Shown here one piece after another: positions 25,797 through 39,372 of a stretch of 64,000 bases of DNA. How positions within the stretch are numbered: the stretch's first letter is position 1; each line of letters begins with the position of its first letter. A program made the position numbers and the translations under genes. The stretch covers positions 166,594,001 to 166,658,000 of the forward strand of contig OX597814.1 of NCBI GenBank assembly GCA_951406725.2. Direction: 5' to 3'. The notes beneath the pieces are model-generated. The model searched no databases and had not been told where the DNA came from. It saw nothing but the letters and a program-made list of their open reading frames with translations. This DNA is from Octopus vulgaris (Eukaryota).

Positions 25797-25800
<4 letters not shown>
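25597..25800 (-). mobile_element. Penelope-like terminal fragment with hammerhead-like motif (CUGUAGA core)
   Basis: Inserted in (TA)n. At 25689-25724 it reads CUUU-CUGUAGA-A-GAGU guag GCUC-GAAA-CG-UA|AAAG. Homologous copies at 9257-9450 and 10787-10930. Confidence 0.55.
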
Positions 25801-25831
<31 letters not shown>

Positions 25832-26556
25832 AAACATAATATATGTACATATATATATGCATACATATGAACACACACACACATTAATACATACATATCT
25901 GTATATACATATGCATATATACATACATATATGTGTGTTTATGTTTGTGTTCTACATATGTGGTTGTCGTATATGAGACGAGCATTCAACACCAGTTTGT
26001 GAAGTTTATTATGGTTTATTAGTGTACGAATCAGCGGAATACACTGTAAGTAATTTCACAAGATAATGTCATAATTATACAATTCACTCATCTGATGCAC
26101 AAACAACCAATGACTGCTTGGAGTGAAAACAGAAGCAATTAGAATGGATTGTATTGCTAGCATATTGTAAAAGGGAGAGTTAAACCAAGTCTTTTATACA
26201 AGATTTGCTTTTATACATACCAGCCCTACACACTTAAAACATGTGTATGTGTGTGTGTATGAAGCACTTCATACATAACCACAAACAGACAAATGGTAGT
26301 TAAATCTGAATTTTACCTTCATACAAAAATCCATCTGTGAAAGATGACTCCATTACTTTCAAGAGTTGTATGGAAAAATAATTTCAGATTTTTCTAACTT
26401 TATTATACAATATATAAAAAGTTATAAAATTGCATTTAATGTATGTATGGATATATATATATATATATATATAAACAATTGCAGCGTGGAAGGTGTTTGT
26501 AAGTCATTTAAGAAACACACAAAAGCCGTTCGATTCACTTCAACATTCAAGTTTAA

Positions 26557-26607
26557 TTTGTCAAAATATTTTCGTCGCTATAAGACTGCGACCTGTTCAC
26601 TGACAAA
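26557..26607 (-). ncRNA. Minimal type I hammerhead motif with G3:C8 variant core
   Basis: UUUGUCA-GUGAACA-G-GUCGC agucuuaua GCGAC-GAA-AAUAUU-U|UGACAAA: 7-bp stem I, 5-bp stem II, palindromic AAUAUU stem III. Confidence 0.65.
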
Positions 26608-27550
26608 ATTCCGTGCTTATATATTAATATTTAGAAGAAGCAGTAAAGTGACTCATGGGCTGAGAGTTTCATGCATCAGCATTAACAAGCTAATTACAGA
26701 TTGTGGGTTTAACTAACTGGTGATATATGAAAATGAAAATATAAAAATATGTTTTCACGTAATAAATGTTTTGATTAACTGAAAATATATTGGTGTACAT
26801 ATTCATGAGGTAAGTTTGTCAAGTAAAATAGGAGTCATCTGTATTGAAAAAAATTTTGGTGAATCCATTTTTGTGTGTGTTGTGATTAAGAGAGAATTTA
26901 TAGTGGAAGAAAGAAATCATATGTAACTGACCAGGATCTGGTTAATGCTGATGTTCAGCTTATCAAAATTTTGGGTAAGGACCATGTGTAAATTAAATGA
27001 ATAAATAGCATGGGTCAAATAGAATTTATTAAGACAAGATTTTTCCATAGCCAGATGTTCTTCCTGTTGTCAACTCTCATTTGTTTCTAGGAAAAGTAAT
27101 ATTTTCCCATGATCAGACAGGTTTGTCATGGAAGGTTGGAAACAAACAACACCACTTGTATGACATTTACAACATCACATGATGTCAAGAAAAGAGTACA
27201 CTCTAACACACACATATGTATGTGTGTATATACACATGCATTTTCTTTTCTCCAAAATCCATTCACAAAGATTAAGCAGAAGACACTTGCCCAAAGTGCC
27301 ACGTGGTGGGATTGAACATAAGACACATAGGATGCAAGCTTAATACCTATACTTTATACATACACACATACACACTCACATGCATGCACATGCATACTCA
27401 CACACACACAAACACACACAGATATATATAGGAAATATAATTCTAGTAAATATAGGAAATTCTGGTATATATATAGGAAATATAATTGTAGATGAAATAT
27501 GGGAAAAAACATGACAAAGGTAAGCAAATTGTCTTATTCAATCATTTAAA

Positions 27551-27613
<63 letters not shown>

Positions 27614-28222
27614 TGAGTGTGTATGCAAACGCATGAGAGAGAGTTTTTTTGAATTTACTGAAAGCCTTGTTTAGTAATATCATGAGGTCTGGAGTTGGCA
27701 AACAGGATTATAGACTACAATAAGCAATAGAATCACTTTTTTAAGGTGCCTTGTATAGAATATTCATTATCTCTGACAACAGATTCTCTGTTAAACCATA
27801 ACAGCATTGGCTGGAGCCAGAAGTTTATTGATACCTTTCACATTTCTGAATTACCAACACTGCATCTAAAAAAAGACCTCAAGAATATTATTTGTTTAAT
27901 GCATATATATATATATATATATATATAATGACAGAGAGAGTGAGAAAGATGTGCATGTGTATGTGTGAACATATGTGTGTATGTGTGTGAATACACACAC
28001 ATGCAAATGCAGACATGTATATATTCACAGAAATATTGTTGTTATTATTTGGCAAAGTGAAATTGTAAGCAAGCGTTTAACAAAAAAATAATAAAAAACA
28101 GCCTTGCTTGCTTGGAATGAAATGAACTGCTGCTGATGATAAAATGGAAGTGTGTGCCAGATCTAAGCAAATCTTGGATAACAACATAGATATTATACTC
28201 ACACACACATGCACAAAGAGAC

Positions 28223-28255
<33 letters not shown>

Positions 28256-28799
28256 TGAAGGTGTGTGGCTTAATGGTAAAGGTGTTTGATTCATGATCAT
28301 AATATTGATGGTTCACTTTCTGGACCTGGTAATACATTGTGTCCTTCAGCAAGGAACTTCATTTTACATTGCTCTAGTTTACTCAGCTGAAAATGCTCTT
28401 GTAATGTCGGTAGTCTTTCTGTTGTCTTTTCATTTCCAGATTTATTTTGAAAATGCTGTAATGTTTACTGGGTGTATTGGCAGAAAGACAAAGAATATAT
28501 TTGTATAGGGATATATCCAACCAAATCCATTTCGCTTTACATCCAACCAAGGTTGATAAGATAAGTACTTGAGCTGATGCAATTGACTACAACTTAGAAG
28601 ACAATGTTCCAATATGAATGCAATCAAATGAGTGGAACCAATAAACCAGTAAAAGAAGACAAGAATAAAAGAATAGTGAAAAAAGAACAAGAATGAACAC
28701 AACTTATTGATATTAATACAGCAAATGTTAAGAATGTAATCAAAAGTGTAATAGAAAATTAAGGAAGGGCTGGCACTAAACTGTTGTTATGGCCAAGAT

Positions 28800-29770
28800 A
28801 TATTTCTTTACCACCCACAAGGGGCTAAACACAGAGGGGACAAACAAGAACAAAGGGATTAAGTCGATAACATCAACCCCAGTACGTAACTGGTACTTAA
28901 TTTATCGATCCCGAAAGGATGAAAGGCAAAGTCGACTTCAGTGGAATTTGAACTCTGAACGTAACAACATATGAAATATGGCTACACATTTCGCCCGGCG
29001 TGCTAACGATTCTGCCAGCTTGCCACTTACATGGCCAAGATAATTAATTTTCAATGACTCAGTCCATTTAGCTGCAGGTATGGCAGGTACAACAGTCTAA
29101 TGTAATTTGCTACAACACTATAATATTGGCTTCAAGTTTTGTTACAAGAAAAGCAAGTTTGTGGGAGGGAGTAGTCATTTACATCAACCCCGGTACTCAG
29201 CTGATACTTATTTCATCAACCATGAAAGATGAGAGGCAAAGTTGACCTCAGCAGAATTTCAACTCAGAAATGTAAACACAGACAAAACGTTACTAAGTAT
29301 TTTGCCTGGCATGATAACAATTCTTATTTCTGTATTGCCCACAAGGGGCTAAACATAGAGGGGAAAAACAAGGACAGACAAAGGGATTAAGTCAATTGCA
29401 TCGACCCCAGTGCGTAACTGGTATAAATTTATTGACCCCCAAAAGGATGAAAGGCGAAGTCGACCTCAGTGGAATTTGAACTCAGAACATAACAACAGAT
29501 AAAATACCTATTTCTTTACTACCCACAAGGGGTTAAACACAGAAGGGACAAACAAGGACAGACAAAAGGATTAAGTCAAGTCGATTATATCGACTCCAGT
29601 GCGTAACTGGTACTTATTTAATCGACCCCGAAAGGATGAAAGGCAAAGTCGACCTCGGCGGAAATTGAACTCAGAACGTAGTGACAGATGAAATACCACT
29701 AAACATTTCGCCCGGCGTGCTAACGTTTCTGCCAGCTCGCCGCCTTCATTCTAACAATTCTGCCAGCACT
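28800..29770 (-). mobile_element. Cluster of tandem/nested SINE family C copies
   Basis: Four repeats of the gtcgactttgcctttcatcctttcggggtcgataaattaagtaccag central domain (reverse strand). Confidence 0.8.
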
Positions 29771-29939
29771 CCACCCTGCTACATCATCATTATCATCCAT
29801 ATCATCATCACCATTGTTTAAGGCCCACTTTCCATGCTGGCATAAATTGGACAATTTGACATGGAGCTGACCAACAGGGAGCTGTCCAGACTCCAATTGT
29901 CTGTTGTGGCATTGTTTCTATAGCTGGATGTCCTTCCTA

Positions 29940-30470
29940 ATTTTTTATTTTTTATTTCATCTAGTTTCAGCTCATGAGCCGTGGCCATGCAGGGGCACCG
30001 CCATTTGGTGTTGCTACATGATTTTATTTCACGAATGCTTTTTAGCAATCAACATTTGGTGCATGAGAGAGTTTGATGCAGCTGCCCTCATCTGCACCTC
30101 CTGCCGCGAAGTTGGTTCATCTGGGACACCTGACAAGAAGAGGTCCAGCTTTATTTTGAAGACACATCCACCAAATGCAGGTCTCTCAGGTCCTTCGGGA
30201 GGATATTGAAGAGCTGTGGACCTCTGAAGCCCAGGCTATTGCAGTATCTTGTCCTACCATCTTGATGGCAAATTTGGAGTCCTTGGCACTATGCAGTCGC
30301 ACCCAGTTCTAGTATTTGTGTAACTCTCAATGCCAAAGTTTGGGACAAGTCATTCCAAGATCTTCCAAATGTATATTATGGCATACCTTTCTCGCCTACG
30401 CACTAAGGAATAGAGTCTTAATCTCTTGAGTCTTTCCCAATAGCTTATATGCTGCATAGAGGCTATCTTT
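29940..30470 (-). mobile_element. CR1-like LINE 3' end
   Basis: SYWERLKRLRLYSLVRRRERYAIIYIWKILE..FKIKLDLFLSGVPDEP..AAASNSL with stops and frameshifts; A-rich tail. Confidence 0.8.
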
Positions 30471-30966
30471 TTCATGCCAAATAATATTGATGAGTATTCT
30501 GCAACATCACAGTTTTCATTTCACCTGCCAGAAACTAATACTAATATTAAATACTAAACATTTTACCAAAACATTTCCAGAACTCCAACCTTCTAGAACT
30601 CACTCTCTGCTCATATTTCTGTTCCCTAGCCCCACTGTAAATGCCAACCTGTAAAATGCTCAACTTGAATATCACTTGCCTCAATATCACTTTACTGAAG
30701 GCCTACAAAAGTCATGGCTATTGCTCTTCCACTTTTGACTGATTTACACATAAAGGAATGTAGTACATAATAACTAGAGGGAAATTTGTCTCCAGTACCA
30801 AGGAAGCAGGAAGAAGGCACAGTATTCAGGAGAAAGTAGAGGTACAAGAGGAAATGTTGCTTTTGGATACATAATAGACATGTATGTGTGTGTGTGAGAG
30901 AGAGAGACAGTTTTATATTCATTTTTCTATGACAGTAAGTGGGATCATTTGAAAAAAATTTTGATA

Positions 30967-31340
30967 TTTACTCTTTTACTTGTTTCAGTCATTCGATTGT
31001 GGTCATGCTGGAGCACCGCCTTTAGTCGAGCAAATCGACCCCCAGGACTTATTCTTTGTAAGCCTAGTACTTATTCTATTGGTCTCTTTAGCCGAACCGC
31101 TAAGTTACGGGGACGTAAACACACCAGTATCAGTTGTCAAGCAATGTTGAGAGGACAAACACACACACACACATATGACGGGCTTCTTCCAGTTTCCATC
31201 TACCAAATCCACTCACAAAGCCTTGGTCGGCTCGAGGCTATAGTAGAAAACACTTGCCCAAGGTGCCACACAGTGGGACTGAACCCGGAACCATGTGGTT
31301 GGTAAGCAAGCTACTTACCACACAGCCACTCCTACGCCTA
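30967..31340 (-). mobile_element. SINE family A
   Basis: Full-length reverse copy. Confidence 0.85.
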
Positions 31341-32204
31341 TTTGTGCACTTTTAAAGCAATATTTTTAACAAATCAATACACATCCTACAACTAAGCATG
31401 CCACAAGTATATAGGAGTGCAACTTGATGCTGCTCAAACAGAAGTTAAGCAACGTAATATGCATTACCTTACTGTAATCGTATGATTTGAATCTGTGACT
31501 ATATGGTCAAATAAACCAACATCTTAACTTCTAAGCTGATGTAAAAAACAAGTTTTAAAGTTGTTTTCTCTGTTAAGGGAAAGCAAGGTTTAGTCATATG
31601 AAATCCTGTGACAGTTTTCTCTAGTTTACCCTTCCTCTACATCTCCTTTCACTAACCTCTTTGCCCTCATTTTCTCTTCCATCATCTTTATCTGTCATTC
31701 TTCATCATCTTACTCTGCTTCCTTCCACTTTCATTTTCACCACTCATCTCAGCCAATCACTTTCACCCTTCCTCGGCACATGACCCAGCCACCTCATTCC
31801 ATTTCTTTTCACTACATCCATCACTGACTCCATTCCCATCATTCTTTGCAATTCGTTGTTTGTCTTCCTCTCACTAAGTGATACTATACTCAACTACCGA
31901 AACATTCTTCATTTCAATTCTTTCCAATCTTCTCTGCTATTCCATGTCCATTATCAATGTGTCATTCCTATAAATCAACCAATATATACAAACGAAAATC
32001 CCAAAAAGGACTGTTCAATAGAATCCGACTAGAAAGAATTCCTTGTAATAATTGTCAGCTAACCAATTCTTGCTTTTTTTTTTTTGATAGCACAAAACAA
32101 CATATGACACAATATTTGTTTACAGCAGTAAAGAATATTACAATTCTTTTCCCATCTTCTTAGACGTGTATATATTACTACAGAATCAGAAACACCAGTT
32201 CTTT

Positions 32205-32832
32205 CTCAGCGAACTGGTAGAAACATTAGCATGCCGAGCAAAATGTTTAGCGGTATTTCATCTGCCATTACATTCTGAGTTCAAATTCTGCCGAGGTCGA
32301 CTTTGCCTTTCATCCTTTCGGGGTCGATAAATTAAGTACCAGTTATGCACTGGGGTCAATGTAATCAACTTAATCCGTTTGTCTGTCCTTGTTTGTCCCC
32401 TCTGTGTTTAGCCCTTTGTGGGTAGTAAAGAAATAGGCATTTCATGTCTTTAAATTCTGAATTCAAATTCCGCCAAAGTCAACTTTGCATTTCATCCTTT
32501 CAGGGTCGATAAATTAAGTACCAGTTGCGTACGGGGGTCGATCTAATTGACTGGCCCCCTCCCCAAAAATTTCAGGCCTTGTGCCTAGAGGAGAAAAGAA
32601 TACTAATATTGTAGTAAGGCAGCGAGCTGGCAGAAACATTAGCATGCCAGGCAAAATGTTTAGCGGTATTTCGTCTGTCTTTATATTGAGTTCAAATTCT
32701 GCCAAGGTCGACTTGGCCTTTCATCCTTTCGGGGTCAATAAATTAAGTACCAGCTACATACTGGGGTCAATCTAATCGACTGACCCCTTCTCCAAAAATT
32801 TCAGGCCTTGTGCCTAGAGTAAAAAAGAATAA
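32205..32832 (+). mobile_element. Cluster of SINE family C copies
   Basis: Three copies of the same central domain. More at 36700-36900, 37233-37447, 52880-53490 and 57670-58190. Confidence 0.8.
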
Positions 32833-33099
32833 TAATATTGTAGTTAACATTATTGATGATGAGAATTATGCTGATGATAATTCTTCTTAACAGCTTAGTT
32901 GTCATTTGTAAGTGAATATGAACAGATAGCAGTGTACCATGCTTTAGGTACCTACCTATAAAGTCTTTAGCAGACATAGATATTGTCTCAGTTTCACACC
33001 CTTGATTCAGGGGAACATCAAAGATGTGTAAGCTGGAGGGAGAGACAGCTGCACCAAGTCAGTTATTGCCATTTTCAGCAGAGTAGACAAACAATATGA

Positions 33100-33157
<58 letters not shown>

Positions 33158-33559
33158 TAATGAAATTATTGTATACAGTACTCAGGTGCACCAAAACTTG
33201 TCAAAAGTGCGTATAAAGCATATGACGTAATGTACAAATGTCTGGGAAGTGAACAGTGTATGAGTCAGATACATGTTTGCATGCGCATGGAGGGAAGAAA
33301 ATCAGGTGTAGTGTTGGCAAATCTCAGGAAGCATGGAAGTTTTGAAGGATGCAATGCTCGGACAACTAACAACTGATGCCGGCAGTTTGTTCCATGCTTC
33401 AGCAACTCTTAGCATGAAAAAATGTTTCCAAAAGTCATGGGAGCTGTGCTGTTTTCTGACTTTGTAAACATGTCCATGGGTGTTAGACAGATGGAGTTTG
33501 AAAAGGTGCTCAGAGTTATTGTTTGTAAGATGGTTAATAATTTTATGGATGTCTGCCAA
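33100..33559 (-). mobile_element. CR1-clade LINE 3' end with (ATT)n tail
   Basis: HKII..THGHVYKV..KHFFMLRVAEAWNKLPASVV..SIASFK. Confidence 0.85.
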
Positions 33560-33769
33560 TGTTATGTCTTACTCAAGAACCTAATGAGTCTAAGAATTGA
33601 ACCAATGAACTTTTGACCACAAATCCAACACCATAACCACTAGGTTTTGCAACACAATGCAGCACAATTTTTTCATCTATTTACTGAGATACAGATATTC
33701 AAGTGTTCCAAAAATCCAATGAACACCTGACTAGATAGTTCCAAGTCAAATTATCTCATAGCAAAATAT

Positions 33770-34715
33770 GAGGTGGTATCAAAAAGTTCCCAGACTAGAT
33801 CAGTAGTGTACCAACAGATGGCAGCACAGGGTTGCTTGCACAGTAAGAGCTAGCAGTGACCTTCGTGAGGCAGTGTACCAAGTGACATTGCTGTGTTTAC
33901 TTCACAAGTTGTGAAATTTGTGCTTTTCTGATCACATGTATAATGTAGTCTGCAACTTTGCCATTGATAGGAACAAAGAGCCAACGTGAAATTTTGTGTT
34001 AAACTTGGGAGGGCTGCCACAGAGACATTGAGCATGCTTTGGCAAGTTTGTGGTGATGAAGCAATAGACCGTACACAATGTTTCAAGAAGCACAAGTGCT
34101 TCAGAAGTGAAAGAATATCCCTGAAAGACATCGGAGACCCCCTTTGGTCACGACACAGACCATGGGATTGCACCTAGAAAGTTATCCTCCCAGGCACAAG
34201 TCTGGGCAAGGTTGTTTTATGGAAGACCAGTAGTCGCCCATGCATAACGACCTCCCCTCTTCACACCACCAGTGTTATACAAGGGAAAGGCAAAGGTCGA
34301 TACAGATTGGCACCTGTGACATCGCAACTCATTTCTACAGCTGAGTGAACTGGGGCAACGTGAAATGAAGTGTCTTTCTCAAGAACACAACACACAGCCC
34401 GGTCCTTGATGCTCTAACCACTGAGCCATGCGCCTTCACACCTGGAAGACAACGGTTGATCTAAAAGACCTGTCACGAGTGTCACCCCCAGAAATGTGGT
34501 ATTTTGCATTGAGAATTCATCCTCCCCAGTGCCAGACTGTCAATTGAGAGTTCTATTGCAATGTTTTGAAGTGTTTGAGGAAGGACATTCAGCAAAAGTG
34601 ACTGGATCAGGTGAGTGTGAAGAATTGGATTCTTCGTGATGACAAAGCACCCTGTTACTGAGCTCTCCTCACTCATGAGTTTCACATCAAAAACATGGTG
34701 TCATTTCTGCACCCA
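33770..34715 (+). mobile_element. Internally deleted mariner, interrupted by a SINE
   Basis: TIR-like gaggtggtatcaaaaagttccc; N-terminal HTH EQRANVKFCVKLGRAATETLSML; later NWILRDDKAPC and HPLY fragments. The SINE at 34135-34440 has a ~15-bp TSD (34120-34134 / 34441-34455). Confidence 0.75.
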
Positions 34716-35681
34716 CTCTACCACCACCACTACCACTACCACCACTGCCTCCACCACCGCTGCTGCTGCCACCACCACCAGCATCATCATTTAATGTCCA
34801 TTTTCCATGCTGGCATGAGTTGGACAGTTTGACAGTGGCTGGCTAGGCAGAAGACTGCACCAATTCACTGTATATTTTGGTAAGTTTTCATGGTTTTTAC
34901 AGCTGAATGCCCTTCCTGTCACTAACCACCTTACAGAATGGACTGTATGTGCTTTTTATGTGACACCAGCATAATATAGATATGTATATAAATATATGGA
35001 TAAACAGATGCATCAATACACAAAATCACACACACATACATGCACACACACACACCTTATGCAACTCTTCTATGTATATTATAATTGTTCAATAGTTGTG
35101 AAAGGAGAGGACCAATATAAATACGATGAACTGCTACAAGAGAAATGCAAAAAGAATCATATGATAAAACAAAACATTTACCAAACAATTATAGAATGGT
35201 AACTGATTGCCAAATCTATTAGCTAGTGTCTACAACTTAATTCTAAACTATAACAATTGAACACCAGAACACTATAAAAGTGATAATATATGTACTGACA
35301 AAACTGATTAGAAAACCAAGTATCGAATGGCTATTCGGGGCTCAACTTCCATTCTGTTGTTAGTATTGCTATTGTGTTTGGAACAAACATATTCTTTAAT
35401 TATTGGCAACATAGAATTAGTTTCATCCAAAAGAAATCCATTAATCTGATTGTTGATATCTCAATGAGAATCTGCTATCTCTAACACATCAGTGTATGTT
35501 CTCTGGTGTGTCTACAAAATCTACAGCAAAATCTTCAGCTTACTGTTTTTATTTAACGATGATGATGATGATGATGATGATAATAATAATAATAATAATA
35601 ATAATGATAATAATAATAATGATAATAATAATGATAATAATAATAATGATAATAATGATGATGATGATGATGATGATGATG

Positions 35682-35877
35682 GAGTTCTATATTTAAGAGA
35701 TGAGGAATTATGTACATTATTTACATTATTTACATTTGACGGATATTTGTCCTCATTTTGTTTGTTGTTAACACAACATTTTGGCTGATGAAGGCTGGAG
35801 GGTATATCAGCCGAAACATGTTAACAACAAACAAGATGAAGACAAATATCTGTCAAGTGTAAATAATGTAAATAATA
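35682..35877. mobile_element. Fold-back Penelope-like remnant with truncated hammerhead
   Basis: Inverted arms ~35713-35773 / 35819-35876 around CTGATGAAGGCTG..CAGCCGAAAC. Same family as 61836-62058. Confidence 0.6.
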
Positions 35878-35960
35878 ATGATAATTATCATCATCATCAT
35901 GGCTCTGCATTTGTTTTTCCATGAGTATGTCTAAGTATTTCCTTTATTTTTATTTTGTGT

Positions 35961-36022
35961 TCCTCACTGATGAAGGAAGAATCCTTTTTGGATTAATCCA
36001 GAAATCGGAACTGATTTGGGGA
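35961..36022 (+). ncRNA. Type I hammerhead motif with extended stem II
   Basis: UCCUCA-CUGAUGA-A GGA ag AAUCC uuuuu GGAUU aa UCC A-GAA-AUCG gaac UGAU-U|UGGGGA; all three helices can pair (some G-U pairs). Confidence 0.65.
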
Positions 36023-36643
36023 TAACTATATTTTTATGAATTTCTGTTAGCTTACTTTCCTCATTTCAGTATGTGGTTAGACGATTTAGCATCTATTTTT
36101 CAGTATATTGGCAAAGAAAAAATTTTCATTTTGCCCTTATAATTGTGCATGTGTGAGAGGGAGAGAGAGAGAGAGAGAGAGAGAGTGCATGTGTGCGTGT
36201 GTGTTTGTGTCTATGTTTGTCCCTCCCTACCATTGCTTGACAACCGATGTTAGTGTGTTTGCATCCCCGTAAATTAGCTGTTCGGCAGAGGAAACTAATA
36301 GAATAAGCACCAGTTTTACAGGGAATAAAGTGTGGTGCTCCTGTATGGCCAGTGTCAAATGATTGAAACAAGTAAAAGAATAGAAGAATACCAGATGAAC
36401 GTTCCGTACCACTAAACCAAGATAGTTCTTTGAGTATGTACGATGTATTTAAAGGCTAAATAGTAATTCTGTTTACGTTTGCATAACAGATATTTTTGTT
36501 GGATTATATAGTTATCGGTTTTACATTTCTTTCTATGTTCAGTAACTGTCACAATACAGAAACATTTCTCATGGCACCAGCACAAAATTTACAGATGCTT
36601 ACATTTTTTATGTTTGCCATGAATTTTTCATGAGTCCAGCTAG

Positions 36644-36695
<52 letters not shown>

Positions 36696-36945
36696 CATTA
36701 AGGTGGCGAGCTGGCAGAATTATTAGCACACCAGGCAAAATACTAAGCTGTTCGTCTTTACGTTCAAATTCCACCGAGGTTGACTCTGCCTTTCATCCTT
36801 TCGGGGTCAATGAAATAAGTACCAGTTACAAACTAGGATCAATGAAATCGACTATTCCCCTCCCCCAAATTGCAGCCCTTGTGCCTATAATAGAAAAGAT
36901 TATTATTACTATTATTATTATTACTATTATTATTATTATTATCAT

Positions 36946-37125
36946 TCAGTAGTTTTATTTTTATAGCGTGCTTTCACTTCACTACTGAGCTCTGTGTGCC
37001 TTGGGTATGTGCTGTGATTTGTTGTGATGCCCTGATGGTTATTGTATGGAAAGTGCTCTGCGTAGGATGTGTGCAGTGCCTAGTAGTGCAATTTTCTGTA
37101 TGTTATATGTGTTTGTAAGTCCTGG

Positions 37126-37127
<2 letters not shown>
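36946..37127 (-). mobile_element. R4/Dong-like (RLE) LINE 3' end in (TAA)n
   Basis: PGLTNTYNIQKIALLGTAHILRRALSIQ-stop, flanked by ATT repeats. Second truncated copy at 37848-37967. Confidence 0.75.
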
Positions 37128-37172
<45 letters not shown>

Positions 37173-37817
37173 ATTGTTATTGTTGTTGTTGTTGTTGTTG
37201 TTGTTATTGTTATTATTATTATTATTATTATTAGGCAAGCTGGCAGAATTGTTAGCATGCTGGGCAAAATTCTTAGTGGTATTTTGTCTGTCTTTTCATT
37301 CTGAGTTCAAAATCTACCACGGTTGACTTTGCCTTTCAGCCTTTCGAGGTCGATAAAATAGATAACTAGTTAAGCATTGGGGTTGATGTAATCAACTTAA
37401 CCCATGGCCACTTGAAATTGCTGGCCCTGAGCCAAAATTTGGAACCATTATTATTATGATCATTTGTTATCACCATTGATGTCATCATTATCATTAAACA
37501 TTATCTTTATACAAGCTGCGCCAAAGTTTCAAGTAAAAATGGCAAAAAGGACAACAAAATTTTGCATCTAAAGAAGTTAACAGGTGAGGTACCAAACAAC
37601 TAAAAAAAAACTGATAACTGTGTGTTAAAAAAAAAAAACATTGCATTTATATGGAGAGGAATTTATGTGAGGTACCTATGAATATGGTTGTTAGCAATTC
37701 ACTTATTTTGGGGCAGCTAGGAAGTTGATCCACATATTTGTTTGCTTTGTTTGATATCATTCCAAATGCCCTGATAACAATAGATAACATTAAGGTACCA
37801 CATTCTTCTGATTGCAA

Positions 37818-37851
<34 letters not shown>

Positions 37852-37963
37852 TAGTTTTATTTTTATAGTGTGCTTTCACTTCACTACCGAGCACAGCTCT
37901 GTGTGCCTTGGGTATGTGCTGTGATTTGTTGTGATGCTCTGATGGTTACTGTATTGAAAGTGT

Positions 37964-38016
<53 letters not shown>

Positions 38017-38033
38017 CATCATCATCATCATTA

Positions 38034-38333
38034 TCTGTTTGACTTTTGCTTTGTATTTGTACAAGTTGGCTCCAAGTCCCACCCAGAGACCTCAAGAGAC
38101 AACAAGTTAGAAGTTCATGTCGGTGTTATGCCTAGGGTGTCATATATTTGGTTTTGCACATAGTATTGTTCTAGAGAATTTTAAAATTATGAGTGTGTTA
38201 GATTACATAGACAGTATTTTACGTAGGATATGGACAGTGCCCATGAGCACTATCTTTAGAATTTCTGCCATTTTGAAGTTTCCTGGTACTTGAGCTAAGT
38301 AGCAATCAGCCCCTTTTGCTATCATTCCTAGGA
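38034..38333 (-). mobile_element. Second R4/Dong-like family 3' end
   Basis: VLGMIAKGADCYLAQVPGNFKMAEILKIVLMGTVHILRKILSM-stop, between ATT/CAT repeats. Confidence 0.7.
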
Positions 38334-38340
38334 CATTCAT

Positions 38341-38371
<31 letters not shown>

Positions 38372-38996
38372 CCACCACCACCACCACCACCACCATCACC
38401 ACATCATCATCATCATCATCATCATTATCATTATTATTGGCTGCATTTACATTCATTGGCACTTGCCAATCTATTTTTCATTATCTTGCAACAAGCTTTA
38501 TATGCTAACTTTTGTTTCCTGAAATATTTTGCTCAGTAGAGCTTCCTTTTGTCTATTAATATCCAAAGTTTCAAACCTCATATTAACCACAGTACTGTCA
38601 ATCATCTATCTCCTTGACACTTTTTTTCTTATAATGCTAAAGAGAAAAGCAAAATGGAACAAAATTCAAGAAGTAGTGATATGTTAACAAGCAACAATGT
38701 AGGACTGTAAATGTGCTATAAATTATGATCTGTAAATTTATCACAATCATACAAGCTGCGTTATACAACAGGAAAAATTAAACATAGTCATCCACACACA
38801 ACTTTAAAAGATTCCTAATTTATTCAGCAAGACAATTAGGTGTTCTGTTAAAAGGAAATTACAAGGCAATTAATAATTGTGTTGTTATAATTAATTATTA
38901 TTTTGCTAGAAGGTGAAATGACTATAAAGTTGAGTGCTGTGCAAACATCATCCACAGTAACAAAGATATTTGTATAAATTTAATTTTAAAAAAATA

Positions 38997-39372
38997 TCTC
39001 TATATATATAAACGGCAAAATGTCTGTCTCTGTGTGTGTGTGTGTATCCTTTATACAAATCCACAAGTTTTCAGTTAGAGGGCTCGCACTTTCTATGGTC
39101 ATTCAAAACCGTCTAAGGGTGGTCATGCACATCTTTACATTACCCCAGTCACCCCGCAAAGCGATTAAAAAATCAATAGAAGTGACTTTTTTGTGAATTT
39201 TCTATCCAAAACCCAATCAAAATGCTCGAAACTTGATACGCCAATTGAATGCCAGCTAGCTGTATGTGATTGGTCGGAGATTTGGACAGTACTCGCATGT
39301 ATGTGCGCACGCATGCAACTGTATATGCATGCACTAGTAGTATGACCTGGCATTGCCAGGTCATAGTGCTAG
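38997..39372 (+). mobile_element. Non-autonomous Helitron
   Basis: A|TCTCTATATATATAAA start, 3' hairpin tatgacctggca-t-tgccaggtcata, then CTAG|T. Confidence 0.8.
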
